In this document: piece by piece, positions 54,965 through 64,000 of the stretch
Layout of the letters: each line of letters opens with the position of its first letter
Position numbering within the stretch: the first letter of the stretch is position 1
Assembly (NCBI GenBank): GCA_051889215.1
Contig: JBJFDC010000006.1
Location: 5,669 to 69,668 of the forward strand
Length of the DNA: 64,000 bases
Origin: Christensenellales bacterium
GTDB lineage: Bacteria > Bacillota > Clostridia > Christensenellales > UBA1242
Reading direction: 5' to 3'
Position numbers and translations under genes: made by a program
The notes under the pieces: model-generated
The model's input: only the letters and a program-made list of their open reading frames with translations
The model's database searches: none
Told to the model about the DNA's origin: nothing

Positions 54965-55093
54965 AAAGTCGGCATTAATTATATATAATTAAATTAAATA
55001 TTTATGCAAATAATAATGTAAATAATTTGACAACAAAAGATTAAAAATTATAAAATTCTTCATATAGAACAAAACTTTGTAGGGGAGTTATTG

Positions 55094-58000
55094 ATGAAAA
55101 AGTTTTTTGCACTATTTGCTTTGATATTGATTGCGGTCATGCCGGTTTGTTTGGTTGGCTGCAAGAGTAAATATGACAACTTGTCGATTGAAATGGAGTC
55201 GAGTTATGAAATTGTGCTCGGCGAGAGTGAAAACGACTCAATCACAATTGAAGCAAAAGTGACGGGGAACAGTGATGAAAATGGTGGAAGATTGAGTTTT
55301 TCGCCGGATAATGACAAACTTGTCAAAATCTCCCAAGACTACAAAAATGGAATAAACTACATAACTCTCAAAGCACTTGCGCCTGGAAAAGTCAACATTG
55401 AAGCGAGAACACTTGAAGGTGGTGTGACAAAAAATTTTGTCGTCAACATAATTCAACCAATCAAAAACTTTTCTGTCAAATCTGGACAATTCACTGTTGT
55501 TCGTGGAGGGGAATGGAAGATTGATGTTGAGAAACATTTGAATCTTGAACCAACAAACACAACTCAAACTGATTTTGTTGTTTCTTTTGCGGCAAATCAA
55601 GACATCGAAGGAATTCAAATTGAAGACAATGTTTTGAAAGTGTCAAAAGATTCAAATCAAGACGAAATCGTTTTGAATGTTCAATCGTCGGCAAATTCCG
55701 ATATTGCGCCAAAAGAAATCAAACTCGTTGTCTTGAATGAGTTCGTTGAGATTGACAAGCAAACTCAATCAACTCAGTCGAAGTTTGATGATGGAGATAT
55801 TTTAGTTTTTGAAAAAAATGAATCAATGCTCACATATGACAAACTCGAAGAGCTCAACATAATTTCCAACTTAATTTCAGAAAGTGAAAAAGAAATTGTT
55901 GTCCGCGTTTATTCTTCAAGAGAAGTCGATGTAAACCATCAAAGCAACTCAAGACTTTCAATCAAAAAACTTTCGTCAATAAAGACATATCAAGCAAATG
56001 GACAAGTTGAATACACGGATTTTTTCTTCTCTGTTCGATTTGCTGACACTGTTTCTTCTGGAGCAAAAACAAGTTTGAGTTTTGTTGTGAGTTATGTTGG
56101 ATTTGATTTAAACAAACAACTCTTGCCGATTTCAGTTGCATATGAACTCGCGCCAAAAACAATTCTCGTCAACGATCAAGACGACTTGAATGAGTTCACT
56201 CTTTACAACTTTTATTCAATGGCAAAAAAAGGGCAGAAACTTCAATTTGGAGTTCTGCCAACTTCTGTTTCTCCAAACAACTCAAAAATGATGCTTCTCA
56301 ACAAAGATAATCTCGTTGATGCCTTCGAGTATCTTCAATTTTTCAGAAACAATGGCGAGGAATTGTTTGAGGGCGATGAAATAAATGTCAATGAAGTTAT
56401 TTATGCAAGAGCAAGAAGCGGCGTAAAAACTGGTTCTTTTGAAGTTTTGCTTCAGACAAAATTTGTTGACCCACAAACAAATGCTTCTCTTTCAAAAGTG
56501 TTGAAATTCAATGTTCTTTCTGGAATAACAGAAATGAGATTTGTTGATGACGAGCAAATCAATCTCCAACTCAATTCAACACAAAACTCTGCTGAAATCT
56601 TGCTTGACGTCAGCCCGGCAAATATTGATATAACAAAAATTCACGTTGAAGAAATTGACGGATTGTCTTTTTCGACAATGACGACAAAGTCTCAAACAGA
56701 AGAGGGCTTGACTCTTCGATTTGTCGCTTATGCCCAAAAGGTTGGGAACTACAAAATAAAGGTTTATTCTGAAAACGGAATTGAAATAACAAAACAAATC
56801 AAAGTAATCAACGCTCTTGAGAATGTCGTTTTGTCTGCGCCAAGCCCAAACGAAAATTCGGTTGTTGGAGACAGGCAAATTGTTGACGGTGAACTCAGGT
56901 CTGTTGCGGTGTCGCTGGGCGGTGCGATTGCTCTCGAAGAAAACATTTCGCCAAGTGATGCAAATTATCGCGTGGAATTTTCGTATTTCGAAACCGAAAG
57001 TTTTCCAGAGTTTGCTCTATCGAGTTATGATTATCCAAACTTGGTCACTTCAACATCTGTTGGAGTGTTGGACTATTCTCAACTTTTGGGATACAAAAAA
57101 ATTGTTGCTCTGAAGGTTGGATATTCTGTTGTTCGCGCAAAATATATTCCAGTTGGAATTGTTAATAATGAAGAAACTGAACTTGAGCCGATTTACAAGT
57201 ATTTTGTTGTTCAAGGATACAAGCCAATTCGTTCGGTTGTGATGTCGTCAAACTATGCAACCCTCTACTCTCTGAAAAGTGTTGGTATTTTCAACAAAGA
57301 TCTCACAATGACAAAAGTTCAACTTTCAGTTTTCCCAATTGATGCAACATATGCAAACAGCATTGTTTGGGATTATGACAAAAGTGGCGAATACTTTCAG
57401 TTCGACGAAGAAAATTTGATTGTTTACGCAACAAAACGCTATGCTGGAACAATTTCAATTCTTGCAACAATAAAAGAACTGAACAGAACTTATACTCAAA
57501 CTCTTTCAATAACAATTCTTGATGCAAAAACTGTCAGCGATATCAGTGTCAACGGCATCGGAGATAGCATCTATATTGAGAACACTGACGACACGACAAA
57601 GACATTTGTCATCAATGCTGTGGCTTTCCCAAACGATGCATATAACACAAAACTCAAATATGACTTTATTGACAAAGCGGGAAATATTATTGGCGACATC
57701 AAAATATCTGCTGATGGAGTCATGACAATTCCTGCTGGTGTTGGACTCAGCGGATATGTCAGAATTGCTGCTGAAGATTGTTTTCAAGAGAACTCTTTGA
57801 CGGGTGAGTATCAACCTGTCGGAATTGAGGGCAAAAACATCATTCTCATTCCAACAACCATTGCAAATGGAACGAGCAAAGACACAGCAATAAGAATCAA
57901 CTCAAAAGAAGAATTGCAAAATATTGACACAAAAAAGCACTACAAAATTTACTGTGACCTTGATGTCAGTGGAATCAGTTTTGATAACTTTTCTGGCGGA

Positions 58001-61000
58001 CTATATGGATATAATTCACAAAATCGAGTTGTTTTGAGTGGATTTGATAGAACATTTATTCAAACACTTTCAAAAACTGGAATGCTTGAGGATTTGGAAA
58101 TTGATTGCGACATTGAAATGTTTGGTGAAAATGGCGTTTTGGTTGGAAAAAATGAAGGACACATAAACAATGTTGTGGCAAAAGGCAACTGGAAAGGCGC
58201 ATTGAGCATTGTTGCAACCAATTTTGGCAAGATTTACAATGTGACAAGCGAAGTGATTTTTGACGGAGAAAAATTTGCAGGAATTGCACTCTCAAATTCG
58301 GGTGAAATATACAACTGCTTCTTTATGGGTTCAATCACCGCATCAAATCAAGCGGCCGGCATCACACTTTCAAATGCTGGAACATTGGAAGTTTGTGCAA
58401 CTCTTCTTGTTGGCGAAAATTCAATCAAACTCGCATCAGTTTTTGATGCTGGGGCAAGACTTGCGGGAGTTTGTGTCGAAAACTTGGAAGGCGGCAAAAT
58501 TTTGCGCTCATATATTCACTCATACAAATCTAATTCATCGTTTGCCGATTCAGACTTCGCCTTTGTTGGTGGGTTTGTTCACACAAATTCGGGATCAATT
58601 CAAAAAAGTTTTTCTGCTCTGCATTCAACTGATTTGGTGACGGGCTTTGTTTACATCAACAATTCTTCAGCAGGCATTGAAAACTGCTTTTCAGACACAA
58701 CTTTTGCAAATTTCAACTATGGAACAATAAAAAAATGTTTTTGTGTTCTTGATGACGAAAGACTCAACTCTGCGATTAGTTGTTATTCTGGCACAGCCGC
58801 AACCGAAAAAACAGTTGCCGATTGGCTCAAGACTGATTGGGATATTTCTTGCACATATGAAAAAGCAACCATATGGAAAATATATCTTGACTCACAAAAT
58901 CCATATCTTCGTGAAATTTCTGCCGAGGTTAAACCAGAAAGCATGAATATTTCGATCAAAGAGCCAAAAAATTCAAATTCATATTTAAAACTCAATGAAA
59001 ATCAAGTTTTGCTCTATCGTTATGAATCTCAAGTTTCCCCAATGACTTCGGCTGAAAAAGCAAAACTCAATCAATATAACAGCATTTCAATTTATGATTT
59101 GCTCACTTTTGAAATTTTGCCATACAATGCAAGTTCGTCGCCAGACATGTTCTATTATTCGCTTTCCGAAGGCAGTGCGCTTTCAATGAGCGGACTCAAC
59201 ATCAATGTTTTGGGACTTGGAAAACAAACGCTCACAATCACTTCAAAACTCAATCCTGAATTGACATTCTCGCTTGATATATTCACGAGTTATCCAATCA
59301 GAGATTTCAATATTTTTGCATCTTCATCGAGTCTTGACCCAACTGGCGCACTAACTGATGGCTCGATAATTTATCTCAAACGCACCTACACTCAAGCACT
59401 CTATTCAAAAGTTTCGTCTTCAATTATTCTTGTTGATAGAGAAATCTCATTCAAGATGCTTGACCTCAAAATTGACTATGCTAGTGAAATCGATGCGAAA
59501 GAACTGGGACTTTACCTTTTGAGATTTGATGAGAAACAAACCATTGACAACTTTGTTTGTTCATTGGATTTCAGCGGCATAACCTTGTATGAACAGTTTG
59601 AAGAAATAAAACCAATGCTTCCAAATTATTTCTCAAGAACTTTCAAGGTTGTTGTCTATAATGGTGCCGAAAACATGTCCGTTTCTCAATATAGTTTTGA
59701 AATGGAACCGATTGACACAATCGAACTTGGTGTTCAGTTAAAAACCGATGTTTCTGATGAGGTTTTGAATGAAAAATACAACAACAAGGCAATAAAATAC
59801 GAAATTTATAATATGTCGGGTGTAAATCTCACTGACGACTATTTCTTGATTGAATATTCAAACGCAAGTGAACCAATTATTGAAAAAAATGCAGCAGGAG
59901 AGCCAACTGGCTTTAGAACGTTTGATATAAAACTCACAATCAGTCTAAAGAACAGAACAACTCAAATAAGCGGCGACTATTATATCCGCATTTATGCAAA
60001 CGAAGAAGAATTTACCACATTTGCCATTGCTCCAATTGATGTTTCAATCAAACTTCTTCCTCAATCACTTCAAAGAATTGATTATTCTCACTATTATGGA
60101 GAGTCGACAGTAAAAGGTGACAAAGAAGTTCTTGTTGCAAACACTTCCCCATCAAATGCTTTGGCGCCTGGTCAAGTTGGACTTCTTGAAGTTAACTTGT
60201 TCCCAACATATAGTGAAATATCCCATGTTGAAATTGAATCCATTCCAAATCAAAACAGCACTGTAAAACTTCAACTCTATCAAAGAAGTGGAACAGGACT
60301 TGCTGAATTCACAATGGTTCAACAAAATTCAGATTACAACAGAACTGAAAACGGCATTGTTGTTGGATACACAATGATTTCGAATGGAACAATTTATGTG
60401 AAGACTCAAGTTGCTTCAGACATCCCCGAAGAACTTACTTTTGAACTCGTTGTTCGTGCATACAAAACTAAAGACGACCCAAATCCAATCGAACAACATG
60501 TTTTCCTTGCCGCAAAATTTATTCCATCAGCTCGCGTTGAGGTCGAAGGACAAAAAGACTACATTGTCATGGGTCGCGGAACATCAAAAGACATGACCAT
60601 CACGGTTGTTGGCGAAGGCGATGTTGAAATATACGCAAATGACGAAGCAGACAAGCAAAAAAATATCTATGAAAGAGCATATGTCGGTCAAAAAACATTG
60701 ATTGAGACCAAAAATCTCGGAACACAAAATCAATATGTTTATAGTTGTCCAATTTTTGTCGGCTCAAAGTTCACAAACGACAAAAATGATGTTGTTAGAA
60801 TTGAAGTTGTTGTCTCGCGCGAGGTTAACGGTGTTCGTGAAAAGAAAACAACAATTCTTGTTGTTCGCGTTCTTGATTTTGTTGTCAACAAAGTCGTTCT
60901 CACAAACGGAACAGACAAATATAGTTCAAAGGTCAGCGTGAAGACAAAATTTGACTTTTCGTATGACATTTCTCAACCTCAAGCGTTCACAAATGACGAT

Positions 61001-64000
61001 GACGATATAAAAGCGGTTGACGACCTGAATAACAAAATTAATGCCTTCAAAAAATATCAATATTTCACAACTTTCGGCGATAAGGGTTCGGCATATACAT
61101 ACGAAAAATCATTTATGTATGTTGATGAAAATGGCGACCACTCTTTTGCAATCTATAATGACGATGGATATGCTTTTGCCCAGAATGAATACATAAAGTT
61201 TGAAGACAACTTTGACTCGAACAAAAATTATTTGTTCACCACGGCGACTGGACTTAAAACTGGAATTCAAAAAATAAAACTCAAAGTTTCATCGTCAAGC
61301 ACGACGAACTCGACTGAAATATATTCCATAACCTATGAATTTGATGTCGTTGTGACAAACTACTCAAACGAAGACAAACCAATGCCAATCGGCTCACTTG
61401 AAGACTTCAATGCAATATTTGAACAAAACGATGCACAAGATTATATTCTCACAAGCGATATTGAAATTGGTGACCATGTGCTTTATTCCGACACTTCAAA
61501 AATCAGAAGTCTTGACGGAAATAATCACAAAATCATAATAACTTCACTAAATCTTGGTGAAAATCAAACTTTGGACGTCGCTCTCTTTAACACAATCAGC
61601 GAAATAACAACAATCAAAAATCTCATCGTTGATTATCAAATTGGCGAAATAAATGTTAATTCGGACCAATTTTCAAGCATTAGCGTTGCGGGACTTGCTT
61701 TGAATAATGATGGAATTGTCACAAACACTCATGTGCTTTCATCGCAAACCCACCCAACTCAAACAACTGGCGGAATTCAAATTTCGTCATCTCTCAGTCA
61801 ATCAGCACAAATTCAAATGGCAGGATTTGTTCTCAACAACTCGGGTTCAATAACGAATTCAAGAGTGGGAGACACGAGTGTTTCAATTGTTGACACAAAT
61901 GGCAGCAAGAGTGAAAAACCACTCAAAGTGTTTGCTCTTGTTGGTCAGGACCAAATGGCAGGATTTGTTCTCAACAACTCGGGCATTATTTCCGCTTCAT
62001 ACGCAAAAAACATCACAATAATAAACAATTCCAAATTCCAATCAAACAATCAAACAGCGGGATTTGTTCTCAACAACCAAGCAGGCGCAAAAATCACAGG
62101 GTGCTATGTTCGTGGCGTTGAAGGACTTGACCAAAGCGATGTTTATGTTCAAGGAATGGGCATTGAATCATCATTTGAAGTTGCGGGTTTTGTTTATGAT
62201 AATTTGTCATATATTTCAGATTGTTATAGCAATATAAAACTATATAAAGAACTGCCAAGCGAAAACAGAAAAGGCGTTAGAAGTGCTGGATTTGTTTATA
62301 GAAATGAATTGGGCGCTCAAATTGTTTCAAGTTTGGCTCTCTCAAAAATCGTTGAAGACGACACAAGCCAAGAGTATTTCTGCGGCGTTGATGGTGAAAA
62401 TCAATCAAATAATTTTGGAACAATCATATATTCTTATTATTATTCAAAGTTTGACAAACTCCAAAGTGTTGCTGACGGCGCGGAGATGTTGAATGCGACT
62501 GCGGTCAAACAACAAGATAGTTATTATGCTTTCTCTTTTACAACTCCTGGCGCACTTGACGGAATGTGGATGATGACAAGCCGCGGACCTGAATTGGTTT
62601 CGGCAAACAACATCGCTTTGTCAAAGAGATATTTGGTGAGTGTTGAAGAAGATAAATATGATGTTGCATATGTTCCAAACTACGAATATGGTTCAATTCA
62701 AAACCCAATTCTCATTCGTTCGGCAACAGAATTCAATGAGGTTTTTGGCACAAGCAAAGATGACTCAATAAAAAAATATTTTGACCAAACACCAAAACAA
62801 GCATTTGGAAATTATAGATTAATCAACGACATTGACTTGGCGGATTTGTCGCTTGGAGGAAATGAAACAACAACACTTTCTTCAACGGGCTATTCCCTAA
62901 TGCGCAAAACTGACGCATTTGGTTCTGTTGTTGGAAGTGGCGTTCTCGAAGGCAACGCAATGACAATTTCAAATCTTGATTTTTCAATCACGGATACCGA
63001 CCAAACATATTTTGGATTGTTTGCATCAATCAAGAATGGGGCAGTTGTTAAAAACCTCAACCTCACAGTCAAAGAGATTTCGGCGTCAAGTGTAAATTAT
63101 GTTGGCGCGCTTGCAGGATATGTTGAAAATTCAAAGATTATTAATGTTTCTGCCGACATTGCTCAAAATCAACAAATTGCACTCGTCCAAGGTCGAAATA
63201 TTGTTGGCGGTGTTGTCGGAGCGGTTGCTGGAACAAGCGAACTAAACAATTTGAGTTCAAGCATATCAGCGCATTCGACATATGTTGATGGCAAACAAAT
63301 CAACGAAGTTAATCGAAACGGAGAAAATTTTGTCCAAGTTGCAGTGCCAAATCTTCCGGCAGAAGGAACAGGACTTAATGCAACAGTTTCAATCGCGGGT
63401 GGTGTTGCCGGTGCAGTTTTTGCAAAAGATATAAACGATTCATCAAACAATAATCTTGCGACAATCGACAATGCACAAGTCAAAAAAATAAAAGCAAGCG
63501 GAAAATTCACAATCAGTGCAAAAATCGCCGGCGGACTGATTGGATATGTTGGAAAAACAACATATCTTCATGACGCATGGCTTGCAATTTCAGAAGGACA
63601 AAATATAAATGCTTATGAAAATGGTGTTGCCGGTGGGGCAGTTGGACTCAGTTATGGAAAACTTTCACACATTCGAATTGAGCATAATGACATTCAAGAC
63701 TACTCGTCTTCTGCTGAAAATGTTCAAAAAGAAATCGAGGCAAATGTAAAAGATTATTACACGAACAAGTCAAATGAAAGAAAAACATATGAAAATATGT
63801 TCACTTCAACAAATCAAGGTCAGACCATTGGTGGAATTGTTGGCATCATGAACGGCGGTGTTCTTGAGGACAGTTATACAAAACTTGATGTCATTTCAGA
63901 CTCCGCATACAACCTTGGTGGCGTTGTCGGAATTGTTAAAAACCAAAAATACGAAATCAGCAGGGTATATTCATTCTCAAACGTTCAATCAAAATCAACC
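55094..64000 (+). CDS. giant surface lipoprotein (at least 2,969 aa, 3' end outside the window) with Ig-like domains and three GLUG-like beta-helix repeat modules
   Basis: RBS AGGGGAG, then ATG 55094. Signal peptide MKKFFALFALILIAVMPVCLVGC with a lipobox. I translated the whole frame by hand to 64000 and found no stop. It is absent from the supplied ORF track because it has no stop in the window. Confidence 0.85.
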   Translation, partial: MKKFFALFALILIAVMPVCLVGCKSKYDNLSIEMESSYEIVLGESENDSITIEAKVTGNSDENGGRLSFSPDNDKLVKISQDYKNGINYITLKALAPGKVNIEARTLEGGVTKNFVVNIIQPIKNFSVKSGQFTVVRGGEWKIDVEKHLNLEPTNTTQTDFVVSFAANQDIEGIQIEDNVLKVSKDSNQDEIVLNVQSSANSDIAPKEIKLVVLNEFVEIDKQTQSTQSKFDDGDILVFEKNESMLTYDKLEELNIISNLISESEKEIVVRVYSSREVDVNHQSNSRLSIKKLSSIKTYQANGQVEYTDFFFSVRFADTVSSGAKTSLSFVVSYVGFDLNKQLLPISVAYELAPKTILVNDQDDLNEFTLYNFYSMAKKGQKLQFGVLPTSVSPNNSKMMLLNKDNLVDAFEYLQFFRNNGEELFEGDEINVNEVIYARARSGVKTGSFEVLLQTKFVDPQTNASLSKVLKFNVLSGITEMRFVDDEQINLQLNSTQNSAEILLDVSPANIDITKIHVEEIDGLSFSTMTTKSQTEEGLTLRFVAYAQKVGNYKIKVYSENGIEITKQIKVINALENVVLSAPSPNENSVVGDRQIVDGELRSVAVSLGGAIALEENISPSDANYRVEFSYFETESFPEFALSSYDYPNLVTSTSVGVLDYSQLLGYKKIVALKVGYSVVRAKYIPVGIVNNEETELEPIYKYFVVQGYKPIRSVVMSSNYATLYSLKSVGIFNKDLTMTKVQLSVFPIDATYANSIVWDYDKSGEYFQFDEENLIVYATKRYAGTISILATIKELNRTYTQTLSITILDAKTVSDISVNGIGDSIYIENTDDTTKTFVINAVAFPNDAYNTKLKYDFIDKAGNIIGDIKISADGVMTIPAGVGLSGYVRIAAEDCFQENSLTGEYQPVGIEGKNIILIPTTIANGTSKDTAIRINSKEELQNIDTKKHYKIYCDLDVSGISFDNFSGGLYGYNSQNRVVLSGFDRTFIQTLSKTGMLEDLEIDCDIEMFGENGVLVGKNEGHINNVVAKGNWKGALSIVATNFGKIYNVTSEVIFDGEKFAGIALSNSGEIYNCFFMGSITASNQAAGITLSNAGTLEVCATLLVGENSIKLASVFDAGARLAGVCVENLEGGKILRSYIHSYKSNSSFADSDFAFVGGFVHTNSGSIQKSFSALHSTDLVTGFVYINNSSAGIENCFSDTTFANFNYGTIKKCFCVLDDERLNSAISCYSGTAATEKTVADWLKTDWDISCTYEKATIWKIYLDSQNPYLREISAEVKPESMNISIKEPKNSNSYLKLNENQVLLYRYESQVSPMTSAEKAKLNQYNSISIYDLLTFEILPYNASSSPDMFYYSLSEGSALSMSGLNINVLGLGKQTLTITSKLNPELTFSLDIFTSYPIRDFNIFASSSSLDPTGALTDGSIIYLKRTYTQALYSKVSSSIILVDREISFKMLDLKIDYASEIDAKELGLYLLRFDEKQTIDNFVCSLDFSGITLYEQFEEIKPMLPNYFSRTFKVVVYNGAENMSVSQYSFEMEPIDTIELGVQLKTDVSDEVLNEKYNNKAIKYEIYNMSGVNLTDDYFLIEYSNASEPIIEKNAAGEPTGFRTFDIKLTISLKNRTTQISGDYYIRIYANEEEFTTFAIAPIDVSIKLLPQSLQRIDYSHYYGESTVKGDKEVLVANTSPSNALAPGQVGLLEVNLFPTYSEISHVEIESIPNQNSTVKLQLYQRSGTGLAEFTMVQQNSDYNRTENGIVVGYTMISNGTIYVKTQVASDIPEELTFELVVRAYKTKDDPNPIEQHVFLAAKFIPSARVEVEGQKDYIVMGRGTSKDMTITVVGEGDVEIYANDEADKQKNIYERAYVGQKTLIETKNLGTQNQYVYSCPIFVGSKFTNDKNDVVRIEVVVSREVNGVREKKTTILVVRVLDFVVNKVVLTNGTDKYSSKVSVKTKFDFSYDISQPQAFTNDDDDIKAVDDLNNKINAFKKYQYFTTFGDKGSAYTYEKSFMYVDENGDHSFAIYNDDGYAFAQNEYIKFEDNFDSNKNYLFTTATGLKTGIQKIKLKVSSSSTTNSTEIYSITYEFDVVVTNYSNEDKPMPIGSLEDFNAIFEQNDAQDYILTSDIEIGDHVLYSDTSKIRSLDGNNHKIIITSLNLGENQTLDVALFNTISEITTIKNLIVDYQIGEINVNSDQFSSISVAGLALNNDGIVTNTHVLSSQTHPTQTTGGIQISSSLSQSAQIQMAGFVLNNSGSITNSRVGDTSVSIVDTNGSKSEKPLKVFALVGQDQMAGFVLNNSGIISASYAKNITIINNSKFQSNNQTAGFVLNNQAGAKITGCYVRGVEGLDQSDVYVQGMGIESSFEVAGFVYDNLSYISDCYSNIKLYKELPSENRKGVRSAGFVYRNELGAQIVSSLALSKIVEDDTSQEYFCGVDGENQSNNFGTIIYSYYYSKFDKLQSVADGAEMLNATAVKQQDSYYAFSFTTPGALDGMWMMTSRGPELVSANNIALSKRYLVSVEEDKYDVAYVPNYEYGSIQNPILIRSATEFNEVFGTSKDDSIKKYFDQTPKQAFGNYRLINDIDLADLSLGGNETTTLSSTGYSLMRKTDAFGSVVGSGVLEGNAMTISNLDFSITDTDQTYFGLFASIKNGAVVKNLNLTVKEISASSVNYVGALAGYVENSKIINVSADIAQNQQIALVQGRNIVGGVVGAVAGTSELNNLSSSISAHSTYVDGKQINEVNRNGENFVQVAVPNLPAEGTGLNATVSIAGGVAGAVFAKDINDSSNNNLATIDNAQVKKIKASGKFTISAKIAGGLIGYVGKTTYLHDAWLAISEGQNINAYENGVAGGAVGLSYGKLSHIRIEHNDIQDYSSSAENVQKEIEANVKDYYTNKSNERKTYENMFTSTNQGQTIGGIVGIMNGGVLEDSYTKLDVISDSAYNLGGVVGIVKNQKYEISRVYSFSNVQSKST
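61814..61983 (+). repeat. perfect 32-bp direct repeat inside the giant ORF (copies at 61814-61845 and 61952-61983)
   Basis: CAAATGGCAGGATTTGTTCTCAACAACTCGGG occurs twice, 138 bp (46 codons) apart, encoding QMAGFVLNNSG. A third diverged copy lies near 62050. Confidence 0.85.

Overview
This is a 64-kb chromosomal window from a low-GC, endospore-forming Firmicute (Clostridia-like gene order). It is almost entirely core housekeeping and sporulation genes. DNA repair and replication: uvrB, uvrA, uvrC, mfd, dnaE, holA, comEC. Cell wall: murI, murB. Other housekeeping: pfkA, pth, acpP, rpsT and one tRNA-Glu(CUC). The sporulation set is unusually dense: a spoVB-like flippase, a gpr-like protease, whiA, spo0A, veg, a sipL-like gene, spoIIR, sleB, ypeB, a spoIIQ-like M23 protein, spoIIID and a DUF421/DUF4363 pair. 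I saw no CRISPR array, transposase, integrase, prophage or recognisable defence genes, and no convincing multi-gene novel system. The observations most worth follow-up are: (1) an ABC-transporter operon split by an exact 2,088-bp inversion (1650-3737) whose reversal restores two genes in frame; (2) a giant lipoprotein ORF (55094 to the window end, at least 2,969 codons) that is missing from the supplied ORF track because it has no stop in the window; (3) a Rho-derived protein that has lost its P-loop; (4) an inverted partial copy of the tRNA-Glu 3' half that forms a large palindrome around the tRNA terminator; (5) a TasA/camelysin-like pair, one with a 165-aa proline-rich cytoplasmic extension, with no sipW nearby; (6) several small or degenerate proteins in conserved slots (a Zn-ribbon protein with a polyacidic tail after spo0A, a Cys-rich micropeptide divergent from an ArsR regulator, a truncated GlmU-like protein, a short Gpr-like protein). 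All family assignments come from motif recognition by eye; no database search was run.
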